Positions 1 to 8,422 of a stretch of DNA of 13,388 nucleotides are shown here, piece by piece (the stretch's first letter is position 1; the number at the start of each line of letters is the position of its first letter). The notes under the pieces were generated by a model. It did no database searches. It was not told where the DNA came from and saw nothing but the letters and a program-made list of their open reading frames with translations. The position numbers and the translations under genes were made by a program. The DNA comes from Candidatus Bathyarchaeia archaeon (GTDB taxonomy: Archaea; Thermoproteota; Bathyarchaeia; Bathyarchaeales; Bathycorpusculaceae): assembly GCA_050012755.1 (NCBI GenBank), contig JBEKGO010000049.1, forward strand, positions 1 to 13,388, given 5' to 3'.

Positions 1-395
1 TTTTGCTCAAGCTTTCGTCGGTTGTTTGAGTCACCAAAAATATCTTCAAAAAGCCACACATTGTAATTACTAGTGATGCCATGTAAGGCTTTTCTTTGAA
101 TTTCAGATAATTTAGCTTTAAATATTATCATGAAGTGGTTTCTGGGTCTAGAAATGACATCGGGCATAGTCCCGTAAATCATGGATGTGTTCGAGAAGAT
201 TTTCCTGCAATTGCTTGTTTCAACTTCAAAAGTCACAAACGGAGTTTTATCTTCCCCAAATTTCCACGCAACATCGAAAAAGTAGTCTTTCTTACCAAAA
301 TAATACTCCAATTCCACTATGTAGCCGAGCGATTCCCCTTTAAGTTTAAGCCAGTTAAGAAAATCCAACGTATCAGAATCTTTATAGCGACCCAT
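1..395 (-). CDS. Probable PD-(D/E)XK (restriction endonuclease-like) fold protein, 3' end outside window (>=131 aa)
   Basis: Hand translation from ATG at 395 is open to the edge: MGRYKDSDTLDFLNWLKLKGESLGYIVELEYYFGKKDYFFDVAWKFGEDKTPFVTFEVETSNCRKIFSN... The pattern LGYxVExEY...DVAW...FEVE matches the E / D / ExE(K) catalytic layout. A TATA box lies ~26 nt upstream. Confidence 0.7.
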   Translation of the reverse strand, partial: MGRYKDSDTLDFLNWLKLKGESLGYIVELEYYFGKKDYFFDVAWKFGEDKTPFVTFEVETSNCRKIFSNTSMIYGTMPDVISRPRNHFMIIFKAKLSEIQRKALHGITSNYNVWLFEDIFGDSNNRRKLEQ

Positions 396-416
396 AACTT
401 GCTATTCATTTTTCCG

Positions 417-431
417 CTATATAATTCTTAC
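417..431 (-). promoter_or_regulatory. BRE/TATA promoter, probably for a leaderless transcript of the 395 ORF
   Basis: Minus strand reads GTAAGAA-TTATATAG with the TATA centred ~26 nt before the ATG; no Shine-Dalgarno motif. Confidence 0.55.
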
Positions 432-638
432 AAGCAATCGACACCTCAGGCAGTGGATGATCCCTCCTTAGAAGGCAACCCCCCCACGCCTAAGGGCTCT
501 GTCAATTGCACTAATCCTTTACTGAGGAAATCATTATTGGAAAAGTGGTAGCGTCGAGGCGTTGGCAGTTATTTCTGGTGGTTGGCGGTGTAGCGTGGAG
601 AGTTACGCGAAAATTATTGAGTTATTAGAGAAAGTATA

Positions 639-779
639 ATGAGTAAAGGTTTGAGCAAGCGTAAGGATGACTGGTTGAATAGGCAGCTAGGCAAATCAAG
701 AAGGCAGAAGAGGCGACAGCATATAAACGCTTCACGAAACCAAGAAAGTTGTGTCCATAAAGCAATTTTCTGCTTTTGA
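639..779 (+). CDS. Possible 46-aa basic microprotein
   Basis: MSKGLSKRKDDWLNRQLGKSRRQKRRQHINASRNQESCVHKAIFCF; purine-rich coding-like composition but no clear SD. Confidence 0.3.
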   Translation: MSKGLSKRKDDWLNRQLGKSRRQKRRQHINASRNQESCVHKAIFCF

Positions 780-871
780 TAGTTTTCATTTGAGAGATTT
801 ATGGGTAGTTTTTGTTAGCAACAAGTCTTATATACTAATTACTCTCCAAATATTGATTTAGGAGAGGCTTC

Positions 872-1087
872 ATGTCGGATCGGTCCAAGGGAGACCCTAC
901 AACGGTGAGTAGGCTCGATAGAATTCTTAGTGATTATGCAGAAAAATGCAGATTAGAGGATGATATAGACACCTATTTAAAAGACACCATTGAGCCAGAA
1001 AGCGATGAGTTTACCTGCAAATTCAAAGACAACTGCTACACCTTCAAATCCAAGATGGGCACTTGTCCCTGCGAGTTCAACGAGTAA
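872..1087 (+). CDS. Small Cys-rich hypothetical protein (71 aa), putative metal binding
   Basis: SD-like GGAGAGG at 861-867, TATA CTTATATA at 827-834, C-terminal C-x5-C-x9-C-x-C. Confidence 0.75.
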   Translation: MSDRSKGDPTTVSRLDRILSDYAEKCRLEDDIDTYLKDTIEPESDEFTCKFKDNCYTFKSKMGTCPCEFNE

Positions 1088-1340
1088 CTTGAGCAAATAA
1101 TAGAAAAACTGTAAGATTGATTCCCTATCAGGTCGGTAGAGTTTCGCTATTTTTTCAGTTTTGACTGTGCGTTTTATAGTTTTTCGTGTTTAATTCATAG
1201 GTGGCGTGTTTTGGTTTTGAAGGTTTTTTTCTTTAATTAGCTGGGTTCTTATGGGGTTTTAATATTAATCGCTATATGCGCATGTTATGAAATGTTTTAT
1301 GGTCTTCACCTAATACAAAGCTGAAAGGAGAATTATTTAG

Positions 1341-1511
1341 ATGACAGCATCAAAGACTGTATTTGAGAATGAAGAAGCAGTACGATTATTAAATTATTTC
1401 ATATTCTACAAAGAACTCTGCAACAAGAATGAAAACCATCCCGTTAATCAGGAAGATGATGGCGTTAGAATAGGGATTTTGCCAAAACCCGAAGTATTGA
1501 CTGTTAAGTAA
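1341..1511 (+). CDS. Small hypothetical protein (56 aa), not in ORF track
   Basis: MTASKTVFENEEAVRLLNYFIFYKELCNKNENHPVNQEDDGVRIGILPKPEVLTVK; AAGGAG about 10 nt upstream of the ATG. Confidence 0.6.
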   Translation: MTASKTVFENEEAVRLLNYFIFYKELCNKNENHPVNQEDDGVRIGILPKPEVLTVK

Positions 1512-1590
1512 ACATATAATATTTCTGCTTCCCCTGAAAATCATTATTTTAACGGTTTCGGTGGTCTTCCTTAACCAACAGAAGGAGTAA

Positions 1591-1830
1591 CTAAACTGGC
1601 GTAGCGTGTTTATCTTTTTGTGGGTTGTTGAAGAAAAAAGTGTTAACGCTCTGCATGCCAATGGTCGGAGATGACTTGTTTATAATGATACCTTGTTCTC
1701 TTTCAACTATTGCTCTAATGCGACCATACTTTAGGTTTTTGTAGGCACCGCAGTAGTCGCCCCCGTCAAGCGTACATGCGAGGCAGCATGTAGAATAAAG
1801 CTGGCATTTCCTAGCGAACTTGCAAGTCAT
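1591..1830 (-). CDS. Small Cys-rich hypothetical protein (~79 aa), putative metal binding
   Basis: ATG at 1830 has GGAG upstream, so it is preferred to the TTG at 1845. N-terminus MTCKFARKCQLYSTCCLACTLDGGDYCGAY has six Cys. Confidence 0.65.
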   Translation of the reverse strand: MTCKFARKCQLYSTCCLACTLDGGDYCGAYKNLKYGRIRAIVEREQGIIINKSSPTIGMQSVNTFFFNNPQKDKHATPV

Positions 1831-2061
1831 GTCCAGATACTCCAATACTCTTGCTTTCCTTCATCAGTCCACATCTTCCCTAAGTGCACATTTTGGAACT
1901 GAGGCTCACACATTTCACTTATCGTAAGCGTTTTTCTTTTAAGCTAAACAGAAGAAACACTGGTCTTTCCATTGGAACTCATGGAACCGCGACACAGTTT
2001 TGAAATTTTCTTGACGAAACTGGCGATTTTTTCGATTAAAATGAAGAAAGTTTGGTGTTTT

Positions 2062-4293
2062 TTAGGTGGGGTACTGGTTTTTCATTTCTCTTTGGAGTTC
2101 TTGCAGTTTTTTGATGTTTGGGTTTGTTTTGCGTTTCATCAAGAGTAAACCGGCGATGACCGCAACTGCGACAGCGACCACTATGACTATTACAATTATG
2201 ATTAAACTATTGCCTGAGTTACCGTTACTGCTGCTGCCTGTTAGAGCTATGCTTAGTGTTAGTGGTTCGCCGTTGTAGTTTGGGATTGTCTCGTTTTGTG
2301 TGGGGTAGCCTTCTTTGATAATTTTGAAGGTATACGATCCGGCTGTGGCGTTTTGGAAGGTTACGAGTCCAGTTGCGTCTGTTATGTTAAAAAGGGTTGG
2401 CATACCTGCGGGTTGGACGACTGATGAGACCAATGTGTTGTTTAGTGGGTTTCCTTTGTTATCCTCAATGAGCAATGTTATAATTCCTTTGTTGCTGGCT
2501 GGGGTTGGCGTAGGTGTTGGAGTTGGGCTTGGACTTGGTGTTGGCGTTGCGGTTGGTGTTGGTGTAGGTGTGGGAGTTGGTGTCGGGGTCGGTGTTGGTG
2601 ATGGAGTTGGTGTTGGCGCTGGGGCTGGTGTGACTGTGACTTGTGTGGTTCCTTGTGCGTTTAGGTATCCTGTTTTTGAGCCGCTTGCTGTAATGGTACA
2701 GTTTGTTGTTATAGAGAAGCTTGGGGCTGTAAAGCTTACGTTGTAGATTCCGTTTCCTTGTTCTGCTGTAGGCGTGAATGTTCCGCCAGTATTTGATGTG
2801 AATGCGACTGTTGCGCCTATCACTGGGGCTCCATTAGCAGTTACAAAGGCAGTTATGACTGTGTTGTATCCGTTATTGATGCTTGCTGGATTGGCTGTGA
2901 CGGTTATTTGCAGAGGTGAGTAATCAATAAGATAGGTTGTGGTTGTTGTCTGTCCTGTGGTGTAGCCTGATCCTTGGGCGGTTATTGTGGTCGAACCTGG
3001 GGAGTTCGTTACGGTTAAGGTTCCTGTCGCTTGTGTTTTCCCGAAAGGAATCGTTAATGATGAGCTGACAATACCAACTGTTGGTTGGGATGAGAATAGG
3101 TTAACATTTACGTCAGCTTGGGGATCTTTTGCGGGTCGTCCCTGTGCATCTTGCAGTTGTACTTGGATTGCTGGGTAGGTTGCGTTGTCAGATGGTAAAC
3201 TTGGTGGAACGCAGTAGACTGCTAGTTTTGATGGAATAAATCCTGATGTTGTTATTGTTTGTTGGTCTCTGAGGAGATTGGTGGCTACTGCGGTTATGGT
3301 TGTGGTGCCTGCTTTGTATGTTGAATTAAATGTTGCTAGAGCGTAAAATTGCGATTGTGGAATGGTTATTTGAGAGTCTATTTTGCCTATGGTTTGATCG
3401 TTTGTTGCTATAGTTACTGTTACGTTTGTTTGAGCTAATGCAACGTAGGCTGATGCGTTTTGTAATTCGATGGCGATTTGTTGGTAAGAGTTTTCGTCAG
3501 CAAGGATTTGGGTGGGGCCTATGAAGATTCTAAGTTGGTTCGCATTTGTTGCTATAGGTGTTGTTGTGATTGTTAGTTGTTTGGAAGTGTAACCTTGTGC
3601 TAAAGCGGTGATGATTGTTGATTCCGGTTTTGGATTGGTTTCTGTTTGTGCTTTTGTAGTTGTTGTGAAGTTGGCTGTGGCGTAAGTTTGTCCTTCAGGA
3701 ATTGTGGTAACTGGGTCAACTGTGCCTACGCTGGTGTCTGAGCAAGCCAGGGTTACTTGGACTCCTCCTTGAGGGGCTCGTGCAGGTGTCCCGCTTGAAT
3801 CTTGTAGTTGAACCATTATAGCGTCATATTTGTTTCCGTCTGCTGGCAGCGTTGATGGAAATCCATATACAGCTATTGCGTAGGGGATTGGGCCAATTGT
3901 GCTCACCGTTGTTTGCACTGTTGCGTAGCCTGTTGCTGCAGCTGATATCGTTGTGGTTCCTGGGCTAAATGTGCTATAGAAGTTTGCAGACGCATATGTA
4001 GTTCCATTAAGGATGATTATCGAAGAATCTACTGTGCCTATGTTTGTGAGTGAAGACGAGAGGCTTATGGTTGTGTTTTGCACTGCTCTTGCGGGTTGTC
4101 CGCTGGAATCTTGTAATTGAACGAAAATACAATTGTATGAATTATTATCAGCTAGTACACTGGTTGGACCAGCGTAAATATTGAGTCTAGATGGACCAGA
4201 AATTGACGCTGAAGAAGTATTTTGATTAACTAGTAAAAATGCCGATGTTAAAATTAGAATGGTTAATGAGAGTGTTACTATTTTTTTTATCAT
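2062..4293 (-). CDS. Membrane-anchored cell-surface protein (743 aa) with invasin/intimin (Big_1)-like Ig repeats
   Basis: Sec-type signal [22 protein letters not shown]; four ~100-aa repeats (PxxLxAD...VQLQD..G.PA...GTTTITA) plus a fifth Ig-like domain; Pro/Thr linker; carboxypeptidase-regulatory-like beta domain (TDATGLVTF...[12 protein letters not shown]); C-terminal TM helix followed by KRK; many N-x-S/T sequons; GTGAGG SD-like motif. Confidence 0.88.
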   Translation of the reverse strand: MIKKIVTLSLTILILTSAFLLVNQNTSSASISGPSRLNIYAGPTSVLADNNSYNCIFVQLQDSSGQPARAVQNTTISLSSSLTNIGTVDSSIIILNGTTYASANFYSTFSPGTTTISAAATGYATVQTTVSTIGPIPYAIAVYGFPSTLPADGNKYDAIMVQLQDSSGTPARAPQGGVQVTLACSDTSVGTVDPVTTIPEGQTYATANFTTTTKAQTETNPKPESTIITALAQGYTSKQLTITTTPIATNANQLRIFIGPTQILADENSYQQIAIELQNASAYVALAQTNVTVTIATNDQTIGKIDSQITIPQSQFYALATFNSTYKAGTTTITAVATNLLRDQQTITTSGFIPSKLAVYCVPPSLPSDNATYPAIQVQLQDAQGRPAKDPQADVNVNLFSSQPTVGIVSSSLTIPFGKTQATGTLTVTNSPGSTTITAQGSGYTTGQTTTTTYLIDYSPLQITVTANPASINNGYNTVITAFVTANGAPVIGATVAFTSNTGGTFTPTAEQGNGIYNVSFTAPSFSITTNCTITASGSKTGYLNAQGTTQVTVTPAPAPTPTPSPTPTPTPTPTPTPTPTATPTPSPSPTPTPTPTPASNKGIITLLIEDNKGNPLNNTLVSSVVQPAGMPTLFNITDATGLVTFQNATAGSYTFKIIKEGYPTQNETIPNYNGEPLTLSIALTGSSSNGNSGNSLIIIVIVIVVAVAVAVIAGLLLMKRKTNPNIKKLQELQREMKNQYPT
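2498..2630 (-). repeat. Low-complexity Pro-Thr/Ser dipeptide linker
   Basis: Encodes [43 protein letters not shown]; degenerate 6-nt period with varied synonymous codons. Confidence 0.92.
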
Positions 4294-4320
4294 TTTTTTG
4301 CCTCACTTAACTTATTTTAT

Positions 4321-4701
4321 TTATCCAGTTTTCTTGTTTTTTGATTTTCCTAGAGTGTCTTGAGAGCGATGTTTTCTTGGGCCATAGTTTGTTCTTTGGC
4401 AGAGCGTGCAGGAAATATTGGATATTTCTATGTGACAGTGAAGCGATGGTTCTTTGCATTGTTTAATTTTACATTCTGAAGCAATTGGAATTTTATTTTT
4501 CGTTTCAGTATCTAAAATGAAGAAACTGCATTGCCCATTTTTCGCATATTCACAATTGGCCTTTTTCATTTCTCCAAAAAATGTAGTATTTGACAGTATT
4601 TCCACTAATGCTAAGACTTCTTGGTTTTTCTGTTGCTCAATTTTGTCAATGCGTTTATGCAGTTCATCTATTTTGGTAACCATTCGGAATCTGACATCCA
4701 T
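4321..4701 (-). CDS. Hypothetical protein (126 aa): N-terminal coiled coil plus Cys/His-rich putative Zn-binding region
   Basis: Heptad-like IDELHKRIDKIEQQ, seven Cys including C-x2-C (SCTLC) and HCH, basic tail; 27 nt upstream of the 743-aa gene. Start may be the ATG at 4683. Confidence 0.75.
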   Translation of the reverse strand: MDVRFRMVTKIDELHKRIDKIEQQKNQEVLALVEILSNTTFFGEMKKANCEYAKNGQCSFFILDTETKNKIPIASECKIKQCKEPSLHCHIEISNISCTLCQRTNYGPRKHRSQDTLGKSKNKKTG

Positions 4702-4803
4702 TGGTCAATTGCTCAAGTTCTCTTATATACTAAGAAAAAACCAAAAAAATATTTTTACATAATTTAGACTTGAGAAATTATTTGAAAAATCAACTAGAAT
4801 ATT

Positions 4804-5586
4804 TTAGCTTTGTTGTGGGCAAGCTATTAGCATAGGCAGATTTTCAGTTGGAGTGACTTCGATTAGTTTTCTTATTTTTGCTTCGTTGGAATATACTGTT
4901 CTTTCGGAGATGCCGAATGTTTGACCGATTTTTTCTTTGGAAATCTTTGTTTTTTTGGCTGCGTAGTAGAAGGCGCCTGCTGCAAGTCCGATGGGGTTTC
5001 CGCCCGATCTTTTTATTTTCTTTAATGTGTTTTCTGCATTGAGGATTAGTTCTTTGTTTGTTGTTACTTTTGATGCATATTCATGTAGGTAGTCTACTGA
5101 TGTTTTTCTTTTAATTCTCATGGGTTCTTTTTTTGTTTTAAGAGTTTTGTTAAGCAGCCAAGCTTGTTTCATAACCATTCTGTGGTCTAGGCTCAGTTCT
5201 TTGCTAATTTCTTTAATAGAGCGCATTTTATCGTATTCTTTGAGTACCAAATGCATTAGAGCTGCGACGGTGGCTCTTTTGTTCTTGGAGAGTTTTTGCG
5301 ATTTAAATAGTACCCGGTTTTGTTTTCTTATGGTTCTTGCTGCCTCTTCTCTATAAGGGTAATTTGGCAAGTTGAGTTGACAGGAGACTCCTCTTAGAAC
5401 GGTTAGCCACTCTTTGAGTGTTTCTGAGTCCTCTTCGTTCCAGTTTGAATGCCATTCGGGTGCCCATTGTGTGTAACCTTTGAAAATCGGAGCGTCATCT
5501 ACAACTAATCCGCATTTGCTGCAGATTTTTTCTCCGTCCAACCCTTCAGGGTAAATAATGGTGCTGTCGCACTTTTGGCACTTCAA
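4804..5586 (-). CDS. tfb: Divergent transcription initiation factor IIB (TFB) paralogue (260 aa)
   Basis: Zn ribbon CQKC...GEKICSKCGLVV, APEW (cf. GPEWR), cyclin repeat 1 (QLNLP...EEAA...VAALMH...RSIKEIS), repeat 2 (SGGNPIGLAAGAFYYA, cf. SGKSPxGLxAAALYIA), C-terminal HTH GISERTV; TTG start. Confidence 0.85.
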   Translation of the reverse strand: MKCQKCDSTIIYPEGLDGEKICSKCGLVVDDAPIFKGYTQWAPEWHSNWNEEDSETLKEWLTVLRGVSCQLNLPNYPYREEAARTIRKQNRVLFKSQKLSKNKRATVAALMHLVLKEYDKMRSIKEISKELSLDHRMVMKQAWLLNKTLKTKKEPMRIKRKTSVDYLHEYASKVTTNKELILNAENTLKKIKRSGGNPIGLAAGAFYYAAKKTKISKEKIGQTFGISERTVYSNEAKIRKLIEVTPTENLPMLIACPQQS

Positions 5587-5958
5587 TTTTTATGGTCCCT
5601 TTCTATCTTATTAATTAATACTTATTACATCATTGACAAACGGTATCTACTGTACAACGGCATGTATATAAAACTTAAGGATTGAGCGTACAGTTATTTT
5701 GCTTTTCTGTCTCATAAGTTTTTGGAATATATTATAAACTGCTTTTTTACGTTTATAAATTAAATAGTTTTCAGTCCAGAATTTGTCAGAATCGAGAATT
5801 GGACAGAACTTTATGTTTTTTTACCTAATAGTGCTAAAAGTAGAGTTTTTTGTAGGGCATAAATTCCAACGGACTTTTTTACTGAGCCTAAGTAAGGTTT
5901 ATAGTGCATGCTTAAGAATTCATAAAACATATAGTCCCTTTGCTTGCATTTTTAGTCC

Positions 5959-6177
5959 ATGAGCAAAGAGAAGGCTCGAAAAGAACCAGAATCTCAAGCA
6001 ATTGGGGCAAATTCGCCTATATTGATCGACTCGTCAGTGGAGAAATTAATTCATGATTGCATCGGATTATTCAACTGCTCTGAGCCGGGTAAATGCAGCG
6101 ACTATGTGCCATGTTTAAAAAAGTATGTGCGAGCTGAAGCTAGAGACGAAATGCTACGTTTTGATTTTGAAGAGTAG
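5959..6177 (+). CDS. Small hypothetical protein (72 aa) with C-x5-C-x5-C-x5-C motif
   Basis: CIGLFNCSEPGKCSDYVPC; transcribed divergently from the TFB paralogue; TTTATAG at 5898-5904. Confidence 0.65.
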   Translation: MSKEKARKEPESQAIGANSPILIDSSVEKLIHDCIGLFNCSEPGKCSDYVPCLKKYVRAEARDEMLRFDFEE

Positions 6178-6623
6178 AATTTAACGCTGAAGATGCTTTA
6201 TTGGAATAATGTTTTTGTGTTTTCTCCAATTTTTGCATTAGCCAAAACTGTTTTTGTAGGCTCAGAATATCATTTCTTTTCCATCTTTTAACATTCTTTG
6301 ACAAGAATTTACACTAATTCGTTGTTGTTTTCGGTTTTTCTGTCATTGTTTTCAAATTGTGTCAACAGGTTTCATATTTTGAGAATGGCTTTGATTTCGT
6401 TTTCTGTTGGTTTTTCATATCCGCATCCGTTCTAAATTTTTGTGTGTAGGTGCCTGTTTTCGCATTTTTTTGCTTATCCGATTGTTTAGGCTCTGTTGTC
6501 ATTGACTTCTAAAGCTAGTGTACGCTTCAGAACGGCATTTATTATTAGCAGATGTAAGCCAGTTGAATAGGCGTGCGTGGTAAAGATTTTAGTTGAGCCA
6601 CTTTAGTCTTTATGGCCCTCTTT

Positions 6624-6860
6624 CTATGTTTCTTGACTAAATGGATCCTTTCCCCATTTTTGATGCAATCTGTTGTTTCTTTTGTTTTCATCTTTTTTTA
6701 AGGAGTTGGGAGTGTTTTCTTTGTTTTCTAAAGCATTGAGTTTTTCTGATAAAGTTTCCAGAATTTTTAGTATTTCAGTTTCTTTGTCCAAGCTGCCCTC
6801 TTTAAGACGATCATCAAGTTTACTCGGTAAATTCTTATCTATCCTGAAGCCTTCTTGCAT
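6624..6860 (-). CDS. Small charged coiled-coil hypothetical protein (78 aa)
   Basis: GGAGGAGAAGGAG SD region before the ATG; amphipathic ETEILKILETLSEKLNALE. Confidence 0.65.
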   Translation of the reverse strand: MQEGFRIDKNLPSKLDDRLKEGSLDKETEILKILETLSEKLNALENKENTPNSLKKDENKRNNRLHQKWGKDPFSQET

Positions 6861-7204
6861 TATTCTCCTTCTCCTCCAATACTTCTAAGAAAAGATTATT
6901 GTACGAATGCGTCAAAATATATGTTTAAAGGAACATAAAAACTTTTTACTGCGATTTCTTTGCGTTTTTTAGTAATCTACCTTCTACTTTTTTAATTTAC
7001 ATAAGTTAGTTATTATTTTATTTAACTTTCTTCCTAAGTACCGAGTAACTTATTCCCTCTAAGAAATAAATTTAATATAGAACTCTCCGAGCTAGGAGTC
7101 AGAAAGGAATCTGGGCACTCTGGAAAACTGAAATCTCTATCTGCAAATTGTGAACCTTTTGGATATTGAGATTTTGAGAATCCAACTAAGTTCAGGATGT
7201 CAGA

Positions 7205-7579
7205 ATGATAAACTCACTGCGAGACAAAGCATCTAAGCAAAGAAAGTTTGATGAATCCTTAAGCGAAGCGATTGATGAAACATTAACATCAATGGGAGAA
7301 CCAATCAAAAACACGGTATATTTCAACTTGGAAAATAACTTTAACATCCCAAAAGAAGAAATCCCTAAGCACATAGACGAATTTACAGTTTTTTTGTATA
7401 AGACCTTTGGTTTAGGCGCAGCTCTTTTTGAAATTAGATGCATGGAACATCTTCATTCAAAAATATATGTCAACATTCAGGTGACTAAGAACGAATGGTC
7501 TGTGCCTAAGTGGATAACCGAGGGAATGACCTTTGAAAAATATGTCTGCAGTGCACGTAACAATTACTGTAACCCTTAG
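7205..7579 (+). CDS. DUF3227 / NitrOD5-like helical signalling-output domain protein (124 aa)
   Basis: FDESLSEAIDETLTSMGEPIKNTVYFNLENNFNIPKEEIPKHIDEF...KTFGLGAALFEI matches my recollection of this family (EAIDxxLxxLG...IYxxLExxF...IP...F...IFG.GA..IE). Confidence 0.7.
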   Translation: MINSLRDKASKQRKFDESLSEAIDETLTSMGEPIKNTVYFNLENNFNIPKEEIPKHIDEFTVFLYKTFGLGAALFEIRCMEHLHSKIYVNIQVTKNEWSVPKWITEGMTFEKYVCSARNNYCNP

Positions 7580-7669
7580 AAAGAGTTTACTTCCTATCAA
7601 CTTTTATCAATAAGCTACTTCTTGAGATTTTTGTTTTGCATAAATCAGAATTTGAGATATGAATTGGTG

Positions 7670-7732
7670 AGAAACACAGTTTATAAGCGAACTCCCGGAA
7701 AAGAATATCAAATGGAAATTTAGGCGGAGGTG
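7670..7732 (+). promoter_or_regulatory. BRE/TATA promoter and SD of pilin 1
   Basis: AGAAACACAG-TTTATAA at 7670-7686; GGAGGTG at 7726-7732. Confidence 0.7.
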
Positions 7733-7744
7733 TAATAAAGAAAA

Positions 7745-8188
7745 ATGAAAAATTTTAAACGTAGTCTAAAAGGTATATCGCCCATATTCGCAACTCTTAT
7801 TCTAATTGCAATTGCAGTTATCGCAGGTGTAGTCGTTTACATGTTTACTAGCGGAACATTAGCAACTATGACTGGAGGCGGAACAGCAGCACAAGAAAAA
7901 GTAACAGTACAAGGAGTAGCCTATGCAGGTACACCTGCCACAAAAATAAGCGTTTATGCAGAGAACACAGGGACAGGCACAGTAACAGTTAACGGCATGA
8001 TAATTAAAGACAGTGCAGGAAACACACTTCAACTTGCCACTGCTTTGACGAATCCAGGCCTTGATGCAGGCGTTTTACAAACCGTTGGTGGAACTATAAC
8101 AGCACTCCCTTCAGGCACAGCTTACTCAGTTACTTTGACAACTACAAAAGGTGGAAGTTTCGTTTCGTCATCACAAGTAGCACCATAA
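7745..8188 (+). CDS. Archaeal type IV pilin (probable major pilin, copy 1; 147 aa)
   Basis: Class III signal MKNFKRSLKG|ISPIFATLILIAIAVIAGVVVY; small beta head with NTG and terminal TTxGGSF motifs; own promoter, SD and terminator. Confidence 0.92.
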   Translation: MKNFKRSLKGISPIFATLILIAIAVIAGVVVYMFTSGTLATMTGGGTAAQEKVTVQGVAYAGTPATKISVYAENTGTGTVTVNGMIIKDSAGNTLQLATALTNPGLDAGVLQTVGGTITALPSGTAYSVTLTTTKGGSFVSSSQVAP

Positions 8189-8231
8189 GCGGTTTTCTTA
8201 CCGCTAAATTTTATTTTTTTATCTATTTTTT
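8188..8231 (+). terminator. Short hairpin plus T tracts after pilin 1
   Basis: AGCGGT-tttctt-ACCGCT (8188-8205) followed by TTTTATTTTTTT and TTTTTT. Confidence 0.65.
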
Positions 8232-8349
8232 CAGAAGCATGTTCATTAGCATTAATGATTAATTCTTATTCTAGAAAGATTGTAATCTTAATTATGGTCT
8301 TATAAGAAAACAAGCGAAGAGAAAGCCTCCATGTATATATATCGAAATT

Positions 8350-8413
8350 GGAAGCATCATTTATAAACAGAATTCAGGAAGAAAGTACCTAATACAAATG
8401 ATGAGAGGAGGTG
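8350..8413 (+). promoter_or_regulatory. BRE/TATA promoter and SD of pilin 2
   Basis: GGAAGCATCA-TTTATAA at 8350-8366; GGAGGTG at 8407-8413. Confidence 0.7.
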
Positions 8414-8422
8414 GAATAAAAA

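Noticed and set aside
135-551. 138-aa plus-strand ORF from the track
   Set aside because: Antisense shadow of the nuclease-like minus-strand gene; composition is not protein-like.
440-600. GC-richer patch with a C run and partial inverted repeats, as a possible ncRNA or IS end
   Set aside because: Pairings are short and imperfect; no tRNA cloverleaf, terminal repeats or transposase.
1389-1661. 90-aa minus-strand ORF
   Set aside because: Overlaps the better supported 1341-1511 (+) and 1591-1830 (-) ORFs and lacks an SD.
1962-1989. Imperfect hairpin downstream of the 743-aa gene
   Set aside because: Bulged stem with no T tract on the relevant strand; terminator role unsupported.
826-4733. 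Identical 13-mer TCTTATATACTAA at 826 and 4721
   Set aside because: A few such matches are expected by chance in 13 kb of AT-rich DNA, and orientation relative to the adjacent genes differs.
2066-5356. Plus-strand ORFs 2066, 2315 (GV repeat), 2987, 4454, 5120
   Set aside because: Antisense shadows; the GVGVGV run is the reverse complement of the Pro-Thr linker.
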